The notes under the pieces were generated by a model that saw only the letters and a list, made by a program, of their open reading frames with translations, was not told the DNA's origin and did no database searches. The translations under genes and the position numbers were made by a program. Below, piece after piece: positions 38,565 to 52,553 of a DNA stretch of 64,000 nt (positions are counted from its first letter, which is position 1; every line of letters starts with the position of its first letter). This DNA comes from Octopus vulgaris. Lineage: Eukaryota. The DNA lies in the NCBI GenBank assembly GCA_951406725.2, contig OX597836.1:23684001-23748000 (forward strand). The letters run 5' to 3'.

Positions 38565-40500
38565 TATTATTATTATTATTAAGGAAACAAAACAAACTAG
38601 CAGAAACGTTTGCACGCTGGCCGAAATCCTTAGCAAAACAAATATATAAATATAAAAAAAATTATTAACCTTATATTTTCTTCCCTTGAACCTATGCCCA
38701 GCTTTCGTGTTTCTCAAAATCAAAATTAGCGGTATCGTTAACAATGCAAAATACAGTGGTGACAAGCTATCTCCTTGAAAAATTCCAGCGTTTGTTAGTT
38801 GACAATGCTTAAATTTTGCCTCCTAGATGTGAATTTAGTGGTCCGGCCATTCAAATTTCGGTTCAATAGATTCTCAATATTGTGTGCTATTCGAAATATC
38901 TTCAAGCACTCCAGAATCCAAAAATGAGGAACCATATTTCTTTCTGGTAGTCGATCAACACCACCCCTAAGTTTTGAGCTTTATGCAATTTTTTCAGTAT
39001 TGTCTTTATCACTCTTCCTCTACAACCACATTTGCGCCCATGTTTTGCTCTTGCGGTATGATGTTATTTTGGTCCATGAACACGTACATTTTCTACTATT
39101 CCAGGTAACGGCTTCCACATAACGGGCAGACAGGTCTTTGATCTAAAGTTGTCAACAGCATTTCCTTTTGATGCTTCTTTCTGGCACAATACTGTTCTAA
39201 CTCTGGTAAACCAACTTAGGATTTCTATGTGGCCTTTAAGTAATGTACTTTACTGTTCCACTATCCTTTCATAGCACTCTATAAAGTTTTTCATCCAATA
39301 CTCCTGGACTCCATCTGCGCCTGCTGTTTTCCAGTCGCGGATCTTTTTATTCACTCGTTGCACATTCTCCTTGCTTGTCTCATAGTCTTCTTGCAGAAGA
39401 TCTATATTGGTTTCTTTTATGTTGTGTAGACACTCTGTGTTATATGATTCCTCTTTCCCCCAAATATTTATTGCTTCGAACTTATTTCCTCCAAATATTG
39501 TTCCAGAATCTTTGACTTTCTTCCGCATTTGGAGTGCTTGTAGCTTTGTTTCTTCATTTATTTCTCGATAAAATCGCTTTTGATCAATTTTGAAGAAACT
39601 CGGTGATCCTTTGAAATCGATAGCATAATTTTGTTTTAATAAATTGTATTTGTGCTCATTCTTCTGTCCTCCATTCCTTCTTGTGTCTTGTACTGAAAGA
39701 TCACTGTATACTTTTATGTCTCGAAGGATCATTTTCAGTCATCTTGCTTCATTGTTCATCATTCTGTTCGGTTTACACCAGTTGCTTTGTAGACATATTT
39801 CTTCAAATCCCATATTTTCTGCCACCGCTACATTTGCAGCCTTTATTAGTCTATTACTTTCGGTAATATGGTTTGTATGTATATACTTTAAGATCCTATT
39901 TCCTCTTCCTGTTTGCTGCATCAGTTTCCATTGGCCCACTTTCTTAAAGTCACATATCATTACAAAATATTTCGTCCTTACTAACTCCACTACTCGATCT
40001 ACAATTCATTTTTCTTCATCTGTGAAGGCCGTGTCAGTTACCACTGATATCTGAGGCAGATTGATTTGTATTTCTTCTGCCATTTAAGGAGTTGTGATAG
40101 TCTCGGTTAGCTCTTCCTTATGAGCAATGTTACATTCTTCTGCATTATCATCGTCTTCGTATACTCTTCTCGGAATTATTTCCAGTTCTAAATTTTTTAA
40201 CACGCTTTTCTTTCTTATTATTACCTGTTCGCATAATCGTTGTTCTCTCGTTGCTGCCATTTTCGGCACATCCTCCTCTTTACCCTCTTAATAATAATCC
40301 ATTTTCATCTGCGGTTTGGCGCCTATAGTAGCGCTCTACACTTACTTTTTTGATCCACTTTTTCTTCAGTTCGTAAGCTAACAGTCAAAGGTTGACAACC
40401 GGGCCCATCCTACTGCTCAATGAGACACCTGCTGGACACGGAACCTTCATCACTGATTCCAGTCACACTTACGCCGTAATCCATTATATTTCTTTCAGAC
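37760..40500 (-). pseudogene. R4/Dong-like non-LTR retrotransposon, longer and more decayed (copy 2)
   Basis: REQRLCEQ..I.K; DWKTAGADGVQEYWMK; GIFQGDSLSPLYF; YYGRLKLILKTKLNGRNKSEAINSWAI; (TAA)n tract at ~38500-38580. Confidence 0.8.
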
Positions 40501-41699
40501 ATTTCTCTCATAGACGTTGTTTAAGTGGTGTCTTTCTGTGACATCATCGCTGGATGGATTACCAACCAAAGTTCAGAGAGACTCCACATACCCTCTTAAT
40601 GAGGTAGTTAAACCATGTAAGATCTCATACTGGTATTTCTGCTAATCCACTTGGTTTGTTTTCAATCTACTCGGATATTTTTTTCATAGTTTACTCCTCT
40701 AGAACTGCGTTATTAGCATTGACGAATCACACACACATTGAGAGGGTGTCAGTTTTTTTCTCTTCGAGATGATTCGTGTAAGCACTATCAAGTGCTACAA
40801 AACAGAAATAATAATATCTGGTACAAGTAGTTTTCTAATTATTTGTAAAAAAGAAGTTCTACAAAAGAGAAAAGGTGAAAAGGTTATTATGTATCAGTAC
40901 CAAGGAGAGAAAAAAAAACTTTAAAATGATCTAATTGCTGCAATTCATCATTCATGGTTATAGACATTACATTATGTATTTCCTTTCTTAAATCAAGTAC
41001 TAGGTGCAGTCAATAAACATACATACATGTGCCCATTTTCACCGAAGGTGATATCCTAGTGCTTTTACATAAATGGCAACGTATCTTTCAAATAATGCCT
41101 GTTACAAATGGATTGATATATATACACACCTTGACTGCCATATTTCTAATTTGAAGACCGAGTGCAACGGCATAGCTTTACATTTAGGTTTTACATTACA
41201 TTATTTGGTATTAATATGCTCAAACATTAATACACTACTGTCATTTTTGTAATGAAAAATGGTATCAGGCTTATGCGCTATATGTCTTTATGCCAGTCGT
41301 TCAGAGCATTGTCATATAGTTATTTCTAGGATGGGTAAAAGATCATATCAATTCTACACAGACTTGTCATGGATCTGTTGAAATTGGGTGTCTTGGGTAT
41401 TGTAGAACGGCTTTGTTAAGTTGTTGTGTCTCAAAGCATATTTTATCGGAACGTGTGGGGTCATCTTAATATAATCTGATGTATTGTTCCAGAAAATACA
41501 TCACCCAGCGATAATGTAGGAGTTGTCGCTGTCCATTTGAGCGTATCTAATGACCATGGCCTCCTTCTCATCGAGTAATGTTATCAATCCTGCCGTCTCG
41601 TTTAAGCAAGACTTCTTCATTCGGTTTCAGCGGCAACTAAAGACAATCTTTTGTGAAATTCATATATGGAATATCCAGTTTGCGGAAATATTAGCCATG

Positions 41700-42190
41700 T
41701 AAAGCTATGTCTTTAGGATTGCTCATCACGGTTATATGTCCGCCTGTATTCCCACACATTATCGTCAGTGGGAATGATTATTCGTTTAGGAAACAATGTT
41801 CTGTTTTCATGGATTGACAAACCCACAGACTATGGTCGTTTGGTATTCTCTAAAATTATTTCTGGTGTTTTTATTCAATTTTTTTCGCTGTTGATATTTC
41901 ATTATGCTGGCATAATGTCCAGTATCTAAAAGCTTCAACACCATCATGGTTGTAAACTTATTCTAGACTGTCAAAGACATTGTTGGAATTAATTCTTCTC
42001 ACTTCTACATTTTCTGAATATGTTTACTGAGCTCTGCTTCAATATACGCTTTTGGCAGTTTTTGGTGAGAATATTTTGATTCAGTAATGCCGTCACGAAG
42101 CCATCACTCATAGCCTTCAGTTCTGTTCTACTTTGAAATGTATTAACCATGCCAGAGATCTGTGTAATATCGTTTAAGTATGGCAAACTT
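41700..42190 (-). pseudogene. highly decayed R4/Dong-like C-terminal fragment
   Basis: LKAMSDGFVTALLNQNILTKNCQKRIL...RKC resembles LKAETKGFLIAAQDQ...CRIC of the 44382-44700 copy. Confidence 0.45.
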
Positions 42191-42895
42191 GTGAATTGAG
42201 AGGTTAATTTGAATAGTTATTACTATCGCAAATATTTCATAATTAGTGCTTATAAAACTTATGCACCGACATGATGGATAGCACGGTAAATTGAGAAATC
42301 CTTCAAGTTAATTATTTTAGACATTATATGAATCAATTTGAGAAAGAAAAATAGGAACTAGCCTGCTGATGGGACTCAGGTCATGTGTAGTTTGTCACGA
42401 GAGTGCATTACCGATTACCTTACAAAACACCTGTAATTAACACATTTCAAATAAAACGATACTGCTTTAACTAGGCTATACATACCTACCTTGTTTGATT
42501 ATGATTCACCAGCTGCTACGTTCATATAAGATATGCTATTCAAGTAATATCACAAACATTGACCCGAGGTGGGCATCTTATCGTGTTAGACAACATGAAA
42601 TACAGTATCAGGCTAGCGCCAAAAAAATAGTTACGCTTTCCAAGCACCCACTGTCAGCCTCTGCACTTTGTCTGCCGCAAATTAATAACAGTAATGTTTA
42701 TTAACATTTACCTTGGCATTTCTGTTGTTAACTTAAAAGTTGGCTACTGTTTATGAGTGATGCAATGGCCATTCAATAAAGTTTGGCGGTAGGACCCTTA
42801 CTTTATTGTAAATCTGTTGGCAGTTTTTAGTGACATATATATACATACATACACACATAAACACATATAGACATGTGCGTGCGTGCGCGAGCGTA

Positions 42896-42977
<82 letters not shown>

Positions 42978-43013
42978 CCTATCTATCTATATATGTATGT
43001 GTCTATAAGTTTA

Positions 43014-43080
<67 letters not shown>

Positions 43081-43989
43081 CTGCATACGTATAAATACAT
43101 GCAAGGGTGCCTATATAATTGTGTGTGTGCATGCAGCGCTCCCTCTCCTTGAGGATGAAAGTCACAATTGCATTCATATGACTATCCTCTCATGCTATAA
43201 TCTGCTCTCCACATTGCACACTGCCATGGCACTGTACACGTATAAGCTTATCTCACAAATACACCCAGGTCGCAGACCACATGCATTAATCTTATATATA
43301 TATTTATAGGTCTATATAGTCTGAACATATTATACACACTAGCACACAAGCATAACTTAGACTCACTCACGAACATACTTCCAATCTTACACATACATGT
43401 GCCAACACAATGACATATTCATAAGCTCAATTTATAGCAATACAAAATGCTATACCGAGACTGTCATATATTCAAATCCCTTACCACTATAACACGCAAA
43501 CATACACAGCATAGACTATGCATATTAATCCGATATACTCCTCCATAATAATACATTAACTTATTGCCTCACTCATGCGCACAAGTAGAACCAATACATT
43601 CGCGCTCGCACACACATAAACACAAACACTGATACACAAGCCATTTCACTCTCTCCCGCCGCTTACACATTTCTGCACTTAACATCCCCCGCATAAACAC
43701 GCATGCATGATCATATATATTCTCACCCCTCTCATACCCAGACAAGTCCATTACATACACTCATACATAGACAACACATTACATTACACTTTCATTCATT
43801 TCGCGCACTCAAACAACTAAGGAGACTTTACATAGATGTTTCAGTGAGACTTACATTGACAAATAGGCGCAGAAATAAATGGGAGGACGTATGTGCGCAT
43901 GTGTATATATATGTGTGTGTGTATTTATATATATATACACACACACACACACAAACACACACATATGCACGCACACAAACACAGACAGG

Positions 43990-44033
<44 letters not shown>

Positions 44034-44137
44034 AATATTAAAATAACGACTGGCAAATTTAGTATATTTTTAACTCCATGTTACATGTATTTTGTTATAG
44101 TATAGAAAATACAACAACGGCAACAACAATAATGATA

Positions 44138-44340
44138 GCTTCAAATTTTGACACAAGGCCAGTAATTTCGAGGAGAGAATAATCTGATTACATCGACCCC
44201 AGTGTTCAGCTGGTACATCTTTTATCGACCCTGAAAGGATGAAAAGCAAAGTCGGCCTCGGCAGAATTTGAACCCAGAACGTAAAAAAGGACGAAATGTC
44301 GTTAAGCATTCTTCCTGGAGTGCTAATGATACTGCCGTCT
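44138..44340 (-). mobile_element. family B SINE
   Basis: ATCGACCCTGAAAGGATGAAAAGCAAAGTCGGCCTCGGC core. Confidence 0.8.
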
Positions 44341-44341
44341 G

Positions 44342-44381
<40 letters not shown>

Positions 44382-44384
<3 letters not shown>

Positions 44385-44700
44385 GCAAAAAAGAAGTTAT
44401 AGTACCTAGCATCTATGAAGAAACAAGAAAAGCTGTAAAAAAAATGAAATCCAAACTAAAACTGGAACAGCAACGGATCATAATAAAACGATGACAAGAA
44501 AAGCCCCTACATGGCAAATATAGGGTTAAGCTAAACAGAAAAGAAATAGACAAAAGAAAATCAGGACTCAAAGCAGAAACTAAAGGATTTTTAATTGCAG
44601 CACAAGATCAAAGCGTTCCCACTTGAAATCACCAAAAATATATAATGAAAAGAAATACAATTAATTGCAGAATATGTGGTGATGGAGAAGAAACAATACA
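44382..44700 (+). pseudogene. R4/Dong-like LINE C-terminal fragment following (TAA)n
   Basis: KPLHGKY...GLKAETKGFLIAAQDQSVPT...NCRICGDGEETIHH. Confidence 0.8.
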
Positions 44701-44703
44701 TCA

Positions 44704-45535
44704 CCATCCTCCTCTTCATATCAAGCTTGGTTTAATGAAGAATTTTGTGAAGGCCATGGACAAAAATGGCGCTGCCTTCCAACACTTGTGCACTCTGTTC
44801 CCAGCTCTGAGTTCTTCTAAGCCCAAGGAGGGCATCTTCATCGGACCTAGATTCGAGAGGTGCTGAAGGATAAGGACTTTGGGGAGCTTCTTACCTTAAA
44901 GGAACTGAGAGCATAGGAAACATTTAAGTCAGTCTGCCATGGCTTCTTTGGTAACGCACGGGTACTAGATTACCAAGAGAGTATCGAGAAGTTGCTACAA
45001 TCTTATGAAGACATGGGATGATGAATGTCACTCAAAATTCACTTTCTCCACTCCCACCTCAACTTCTTCCCTCTGGAGCTCGGAGCAGTGTGTGATGAGC
45101 ATGTAGAAAGGTTCCACCAAGATATCACTAAGATGGAGAGCAACTACGAAGGCAAGTAAAACCCGAGCATGATGAGGGACTTTTGCTGGATGCGTCTTGC
45201 TTGATATCTGGGAGGCAAAGTAGACAAGCTCGTCCCAAAATCTCACTTCTACTATGATTTGTGTGTATTGTATTGTCCAAGTAATTTATTTCCATCAATG
45301 TTCTGTATCTATGCAGTTTTTTTTCTGTAATATGCCTTTGTAACAGATGAAATAAACACACTATATTTTGAATTTATAAGCAGTATAATTACAATGTGAT
45401 ATATGAAAGCAAAATAACAAGAGGTTATAGAGCAAAACTGTTCAGGAAATTGAATTCACCACATCAAAATTAGTAAAAAAAAACTCCTATTCACATCCTT
45501 GCTTCAGAGCAAAATAATTTTTTTGTAGATCAGTG
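44704..45535 (+). mobile_element. Chapaev3-like (CMC) DNA transposon, transposase C-terminus and right end
   Basis: PPLHIKLGLMKNFVKAM...KEGIFIGP; MSLKIHFLHSHLNFFP; AVCDEHVERFHQDI; MMRDFCW; terminus ...GATCAGTG (CAGTG end typical of Chapaev3). Confidence 0.75.
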
Positions 45536-45599
45536 TTATCAATATATTTAAAACCAATTAGAAAGTTTCTGTCTTTCACATCACACACAGCAGATAAAT

Positions 45600-46535
45600 T
45601 GCAACAACGATTTAGAAATTACCAACTTTCTGTTGTAAGATCTTTCGTATACAGAGGCTGGGTAGAATTGCAAGGCTCTGTTGGGAATGTTCCAACTGTA
45701 TCAAAGAAAGAAAATAACAAAACAAAATATTTTAAACGTTCGGGCACTATAAGGACATTGGAATTCATCGAACGGGTTCAAATCATTATCGATGACGATC
45801 CCGGAAAATCAATGACAATCATTACCAAAGAACTCCAGGTGTCGGAGAGCTGTTGTGCACGTGGAAATTTGATACTTGTCATATATACCGAGAAGAACTC
45901 AATTCAGGCCTTCATATATACAGGAAAGCCGTTTGATCAGTGTCGTGTTTACTAAACAAGGTTAAAACTCTCCTGAATATGGCTTGCTTTGGTTCTTTGA
46001 TGTGAAAAACTTACACTATGAATAAGTGCTTTAAAAAAGAAATGACATGTCTATGTGCAGAGTCTTCTATTGTTCCCAAAGTGACGCAATGCACTAGCAA
46101 CTGTCGGGGTTTCCAGAGTGGTGAGTTACGAAGGTCATGTCATGCTACTTCATATCTTTCCACAAGGTCTTACAATTAGTGCTGCTGGATACGTTTAGGG
46201 GCTGGAGACAGTTGTTAAGCTCTGCATGGATGAAGTGAATAGTGGAAGGCCATACTTATTTCAGCAAAATGTAGCACCTGTCAGACAATCTTTTCGATCA
46301 CGTATCATCAAACTTGTTGCCTCCAAAGAAACCAGATTTAAATCCCGTGCAGGTTTATGGTGTTGTTGAAAGATAGACTAATTGACATTCTGAGAATTAC
46401 ATAGTTTCACTTAGAGCCATCATTGTCCAGGTGGACTTTGAAATAAATACGGACCATTTAGTGGAATGTTGTCAACGATCTCGGTTCCACATCGAAGCAG
46501 TCATCGAAGCTGAGGGCAGATTCAGAGAATAGTAT
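45600..46535 (+). pseudogene. Tc1/mariner (maT/DD37D-like) transposase remnant
   Basis: IRTLEFIERVQIIIDDDPGKSM; VSYEGHVMLLHIFPQGL; GRPYLFQQNVAP; PP..PDLNP motif. Confidence 0.75.
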
Positions 46536-46697
46536 TATAAGAGAGCATAATGAGAGCATGAACACAAATTGTTATTGAAATACAGCGACTTACTCAAGAA
46601 CACAACACAGAGTCTGGTGCGAGAATCAAACTCGCAACCTCTTGACATTAAGCCCGATGCTCTAACCACACTTATGTGCCCCCACTATGTAAATATA

Positions 46698-46757
<60 letters not shown>

Positions 46758-47177
46758 CGTGCGTGTGCACGAGCGCGCGCATGAGTGAATTTATATATTA
46801 ATGCAGCAAGTGGCCTGAATCGCTAGCATGCCGGATCAGCAGCATTGCTTCTGACTTATTACATTCAAATTACAAATTTTTGTCGGGAAAGAATCTGCTT
46901 CTTTTCCTTTCGGTGGTCGATGAAATAAATTCTAGTCAAGTACTGGAATTGATGTAATCGATTTCACAGACCACTCAAAATTGCTTGCCTTACATCAAAG
47001 ATAGAAAAGATGGAGATGTTTATGCACACACATATGCGAACACAAATACAGGCACGCACGCATGCACGCGCACGTACAGGCACAAACACACACACACACA
47101 CACACGTACAAAGTTTTAAAGTATAAACACATAAATATTTATATACAAATATATCCATGTATGTGATTTTGCGAACA

Positions 47178-47251
<74 letters not shown>

Positions 47252-47307
47252 TACGTTTAAATATTTGTTGTGCAAGATTTTTTATGTGAAGTCGTGTGTT
47301 GAAACAG

Positions 47308-47630
47308 ATATTGTTATATTTCGGAATGGTCATTTTGCCATTAATCTTAATCTTATTTCGGCCAGAGTTCTTTCGTCACACTCCTGTGACCGCATCAGTG
47401 GTCCTTTGTTTTCTTCTTTCTTATTTGTAAGGAGAGACACAAATAAGAAGGAAGAAAACAAAGGACCACTGATGCGGTCACAGGAGTGTGACGAAAGAAC
47501 TCTGGCTGAAATAAGATTAAGATTAATGTAAACAATAAATAACACTGAAGCAAAATAACACCAAATATATAGTGCGTGTGTTTTTATTGGCTAAACTGGC
47601 AAAATGACCATTCCGAAATATAACAATATA
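47308..47630. repeat. nested inverted repeats: 90-bp arms (47339-47428 / 47439-47528) and outer ~33-bp arms (47308-47340 / 47598-47630)
   Basis: Direct reverse-complement matches; hammerhead-like motif in the inner arms; flanked by (TA)n. Confidence 0.9.
47466..47505 (+). ncRNA. variant minimal hammerhead-like motif (mirror copy at 47362-47401, minus strand)
   Basis: CCA CUGAUG-CG GUCAC-AGGAGU-GUGAC GAAA GAAC UC UGG; A9 position non-canonical. Confidence 0.5.
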
Positions 47631-47636
47631 TATATA

Positions 47637-49297
47637 CTATCAGAGTTACTCGGCGTTGCCCGAGTTACATACAATTGAAGAATTAAACTTTTCTGTTATA
47701 TTTTCTGTAATGAACTGGAATGCCTATGTTTCGAATTTCATCAAAATTCCAGATGAGGGTTATTTCCCTCTTTACACACCCAAACAAAATTGTAATCGTG
47801 CTACATGTATCCCATATTACTGATTTTTATGCGCATATTCCAAAATTCCAGTCTTATAGAACCTGTTAAAAGGATTTTGCTCCTGAAAAATGGAGGCCAT
47901 GAGCTCTAAAATGTGAGAGTTAACACCCCTATTGGGGGTGGGCATCTTAATGTCAACCAGAGAAGTTGAATTGTTGAGAATCCTTTTAACTTGGGTCATA
48001 TCTATTGTTTGAATTTCTTTGAAATAGGAAATATATGTTCACTGGGTTTGTAAAAGAGAGCAAAGCTACAGGAAACCAAAAGACGAATGATCACAATAAG
48101 CAGTCAGCTACCCTACCTTAGTCGTTACCACTCCCAATGTAGTATTTCTCACCATGCAGGTGACAGGCACAGCCGAAAGATGCATTACGAATCTATAGCA
48201 ATTGGAAGGGTGTGACCCAACTGAAATAAACATTAACAACTGTGTGACGTGAGGGCTAAGGAGAACTGAAAGTTGGAGTTTGCAAATGACCACTATACTG
48301 ATACGTAACTGGACAGAATAAATATACAATCTATAAATGTCTTTGAATAACCAGTCACTCATCTGGGAAGGCCTTGAAATCAATGTTACCATGTGGGGAC
48401 TATGTGTGACCCAGTGATAATAAAAAAACTGAAAGGAGATCGGCAATCAAATAACTTTACTCAACACTTTGCAACTGAATCAGTGGAGGCAAAGATGCCT
48501 CTCATTTACTTGACAATTTATGCAGCACATTGCAGAAATCACAATCTAAGTGTATATCAAAGTAAACTGTTACACTGTTTTAGCATTGAATTACAAATAA
48601 TGCTCATCTTCTATGCTCGGATGACCCCACAGCTTCCAAGAGTACAACTATTCGTCTTTGCTTAGATAAAATGACAAAATTGTGGGTGTTAAGTCCCCAT
48701 GAAGGGGTTTTTCTAGCTTGTAAGAAGATGAAATTTTATAAATATTACTTCATTTGTACATAATATCTATGGTTAAAATTTCATCAACAGCAAAAATATA
48801 TGAATTGTCATGGGGGTTGTGGCCCTTATGCATAGAATATAATTTCGTAAAGATCCATTCAGTACTTTTGACTTAGTTTTGGATCATAAAAGAAATGACT
48901 AAAATTTGGGATTTAAGGCCCCCATTAGGGTATCTTAGAATTGTCATGTGAAGTGGAAACTTTGAGAATACTTCTTTATGTGTGTCAATTACCCATGGTT
49001 GAAATTTCATCAACATCGAAAATTTATGAATTTCCATCCGGGGTTCTGCCCCCTTTAAGCCATCTGAAATTCAAACCAAACATATTGCATTATACTCGTC
49101 CTTATGCATTGAATCAAGTTTCAAATATCATAAGGATCCATTCAGTGATTTTGGTCCATGAAATTGTATGAAACACACAGCATTACCCTTCTCCCTAAGG
49201 CTCGATTTTGTGTTCCAAATTTCATTATGATCGGTGCAGCAGTTTTCGAATGTAATACACGAACACATAAAGACTTTGTCTTTGATATAATAAATAT
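47637..49297 (-). mobile_element. decayed Helitron-like element with internal repeats
   Basis: Minus-strand 3' hairpin TAACTCGG-GCAACG-CCGAGTAA then ..ATAG|T; recurring AATTTCAT..AAGATCC units; degenerate TA-rich 5' end. Confidence 0.55.
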
Positions 49298-49354
49298 GAA
49301 TGTACACATATAATAAATGTATATATGTATATTTGTGTGTATGTATATATATGT

Positions 49355-49632
49355 GTTTGTCGAACCGCTAAGTCATTTTATCGATCTCGTTTGTCGAACC
49401 GCTAAGTCATTTTGTCGATCATGTTTGGCGAAACGCTAAGCCATTTTATCGATATCATTTTTGGCGAACCGCTAAGTCATTTTCTCGATCTTGTTTAGCG
49501 AACCGCTAAGTCATTTTATCGATTTCGTTTGGCGAACCGTTAAGTCATTTTATTGGCCTTTTTTGTCGAACCGCTAGGTCAATTTATTGATCTCGTTTGT
49601 CTAACCGTTAAGTCATTTTATCGATCTCGTTT
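49355..49632 (+). repeat. 34-bp minisatellite x~8 (GTTTGTCGAACCGCTAAGTCATTTTATCGATCTC)
   Basis: Units start at ~49355, 49389, 49423, 49459, 49493, 49527, 49561, 49595. Confidence 0.92.
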
Positions 49633-49859
49633 AACTGCAATCTGACTCATGGACATAACTATTGATGTTCTTATGAATACATTTGTTAACAGAGCGGGGC
49701 GAAGGCCGGGCGACCGCTGATATATATACAAACGAAATTCTGTCACATAGCAAGACGTTTAGAAACTGTATGTAGCATCTGAGTATGACATGAATTTTCA
49801 GTACCATTCCAGCTCATGCTCGTATGTGTGTCTCTGTGTGTACGCTTGAGTGCACGCGT

Positions 49860-49891
<32 letters not shown>

Positions 49892-50662
49892 TTGTTTCTA
49901 TACCACCAACTTTCGTGTTCTCATAATTCTGTACTTATGCTTACTTTACGTCACACATATTGTTATGAGGAAGAGGATACTGTTCCATTGAGGAGCAAAG
50001 CTAGTTTTCGTCGTAAGAGAAGGATGTTACAAATGCAGTTTTGCTTGCGTATTGAAGAAAGTGTTGCGTCAAGTAGATTTGAATAATGGCATAATGGTTT
50101 AGTAAAGGTTCAATATGAGTGTTTACTGGGAAAACTTACAAAGTAATCAGAACAAGAGGTCATTGACAATTTCAATGCTACCCACGAAAGATATAGGATT
50201 CTGATCTGGTCCGAACATTGAAAAAAAAAATTGCACGCGTAAAACACATTAAATTTACACTCATTGTAAATTTGTACATACTGTATTCCTACGCACATAT
50301 ATGCATGGGCTGAAGTTGACAGTTGTATAAGAGGAAAATAAATCACAATATACAATCCAAAAATACAAGTATTTTAAAAAATCAAAAACTATCGACTATG
50401 GCTGGGAGATAAAAGTTTACTCAAAGTAATATTCCAGTATTTCTATGGTATATCCTTGTCACACGCTATGTTGTGCTGAAAATGTCTTCGAATTATTTAA
50501 GTGTGCAAGTAGTTGTAGAACAATCAGCCATTTATGCATAATTAAGTGAGCAGGTAAATCAGTTGTACGAAGAACGGTATTTGCGGGTATATGCGTGTGT
50601 ATGTGCGTATGTGCATAATATATATCTCCTTCCCTCTCTCTCTCTCTCTAAATATAAATATA

Positions 50663-50705
<43 letters not shown>

Positions 50706-51143
50706 AAATATGGACATATGTATAAACATATGTATCTATGTATAAATATATATATACATTCACACGCACACACAACACATGCGCGGGTATACAAACATAT
50801 ATACATGCACATTTACGTACAAACATATATCCCTTACATCATCCTGTTATGCATCATAAGTTAAGTTTCCTGGGGTCACTCAGTGTTTCCTGTCTCTCAA
50901 AGTGAGGCACCCTCACCCAGACCACAACAGTCATTGTTGATGAGGACTCCAAATTGCGTCAAGTTATTATGACCTCTGCTGCCTCCATAGCCTACTTGAT
51001 GCCTTTCTTATATATACATACGTATACACGCATGTGAGTGCACATACATACATACATACATACATACATACATACATACATACATACATACATAATAATA
51101 TATATATACATATATATTTATATATATATATATATATATAAAC

Positions 51144-51219
<76 letters not shown>

Positions 51220-51425
51220 TATACATACATATATATATAAATACAAAATGGGACAAGAACGCAAAGCATTCAGAAGACGATACAAAAAGCACGGACGGGT
51301 CATTCGAAGCCTTCAATCTTCAGTCAAGAACCGGATCATCCTCGCAATTTCGGCTGATTAATCTTGAGATTGCTCCAATCTGGCCAGCCCCAAGGAAACA
51401 CTAAGCTAAGCGCATTAGATTCATA

Positions 51426-51475
<50 letters not shown>

Positions 51476-51481
51476 AATACT

Positions 51482-51532
<51 letters not shown>

Positions 51533-51650
51533 ATATATATATATGCATATATTTGTGTGTTTGTGGCTGTTTGTCCCCTCACTTCAATCAGCATGGCCAC
51601 AGTCAAATTACTGAAACAAGTAAAAGAATAAGAGTAGAACATATATAAAA

Positions 51651-51861
51651 CGAGGGTGCTGAAAAGTTCCTGGCTTTAGGGGTATGGGGAACGGACTAGC
51701 TGGAAGTGAAACATTCCGAATTCTTTTAAAGGGCTTAGAAAATTTGAAGGACTGATGCAATAAGTGTTTAGATCTGAGAAGAGAATGTGCTCAAAAAAAT
51801 CATAACGGATCCTACTCTATTCTCCTTCACCCAACGACAAGAACTTTTCTGCCAACCTACG
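51651..51861. mobile_element. mariner-like MITE remnant
   Basis: CGAGGGTGCTGAAAAGTTCCTG ... CAAGAACTTTTCTGCCAACCTACG imperfect TIRs. Confidence 0.6.
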
Positions 51862-51870
51862 TGTTTGTAT

Positions 51871-51963
<93 letters not shown>

Positions 51964-52015
51964 TGTGTGTCTGTGTGTGCGTGCGTTTTTGTGAGTGTGT
52001 GTGTATGATATATAC

Positions 52016-52051
<36 letters not shown>

Positions 52052-52064
52052 ATATATATATCAT

Positions 52065-52430
52065 TTATCTTATTCTTGTTTCAGCAGTCATTCGACTGAG
52101 ACACCGCCTTGAAGGGTTTCATCGACCGCTGTGTTTATTTTTATCCCTGGTACTTATTCTCTTGATATATTTGCCGAACCGCTATGTTACGCGACGTTAG
52201 CAGAGCAACAGTGGTTGTCAAACAGTGGAAGGAAACAAACAAACGCCCCCACTCCCCACTCCCATACGCTTTCTGTTTTCATCTTGCCAAATCCTTTCAC
52301 AAAGTTAGGTTTGGCCGCGGGCTATAGTACAAGACACATGCCCAAGATGTCACACAGTGGTCCTGAACCCCAAACTACGTTACTGGGAAAAGGCTTCTTT
52401 TTCTTGAATTTCAAACACGCAGCTGCACCA
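52065..52430 (-). mobile_element. SINE family A, old and diverged
   Basis: TTTGCCGAACCGCTA, CTATAGTACAAGACACATGCCCAAGATG blocks. Confidence 0.75.
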
Positions 52431-52506
52431 ATGATGTAAGCGTGTGCGCGGGTATACATACATGCATACATACATACATACATACATACATACATACATA
52501 CATACA

Positions 52507-52537
<31 letters not shown>

Positions 52538-52553
52538 GTAATATATATATATA

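Noticed and set aside
49355-49632. CRISPR-like 34-bp periodicity
   Set aside because: Units are contiguous with no unique spacers, no cas genes, eukaryotic context, and the unit derives from a SINE
51285-51335. Minus-strand CUGAAGA..CGAA..GUC possible hammerhead
   Set aside because: Could not form a plausible stem II or stem I
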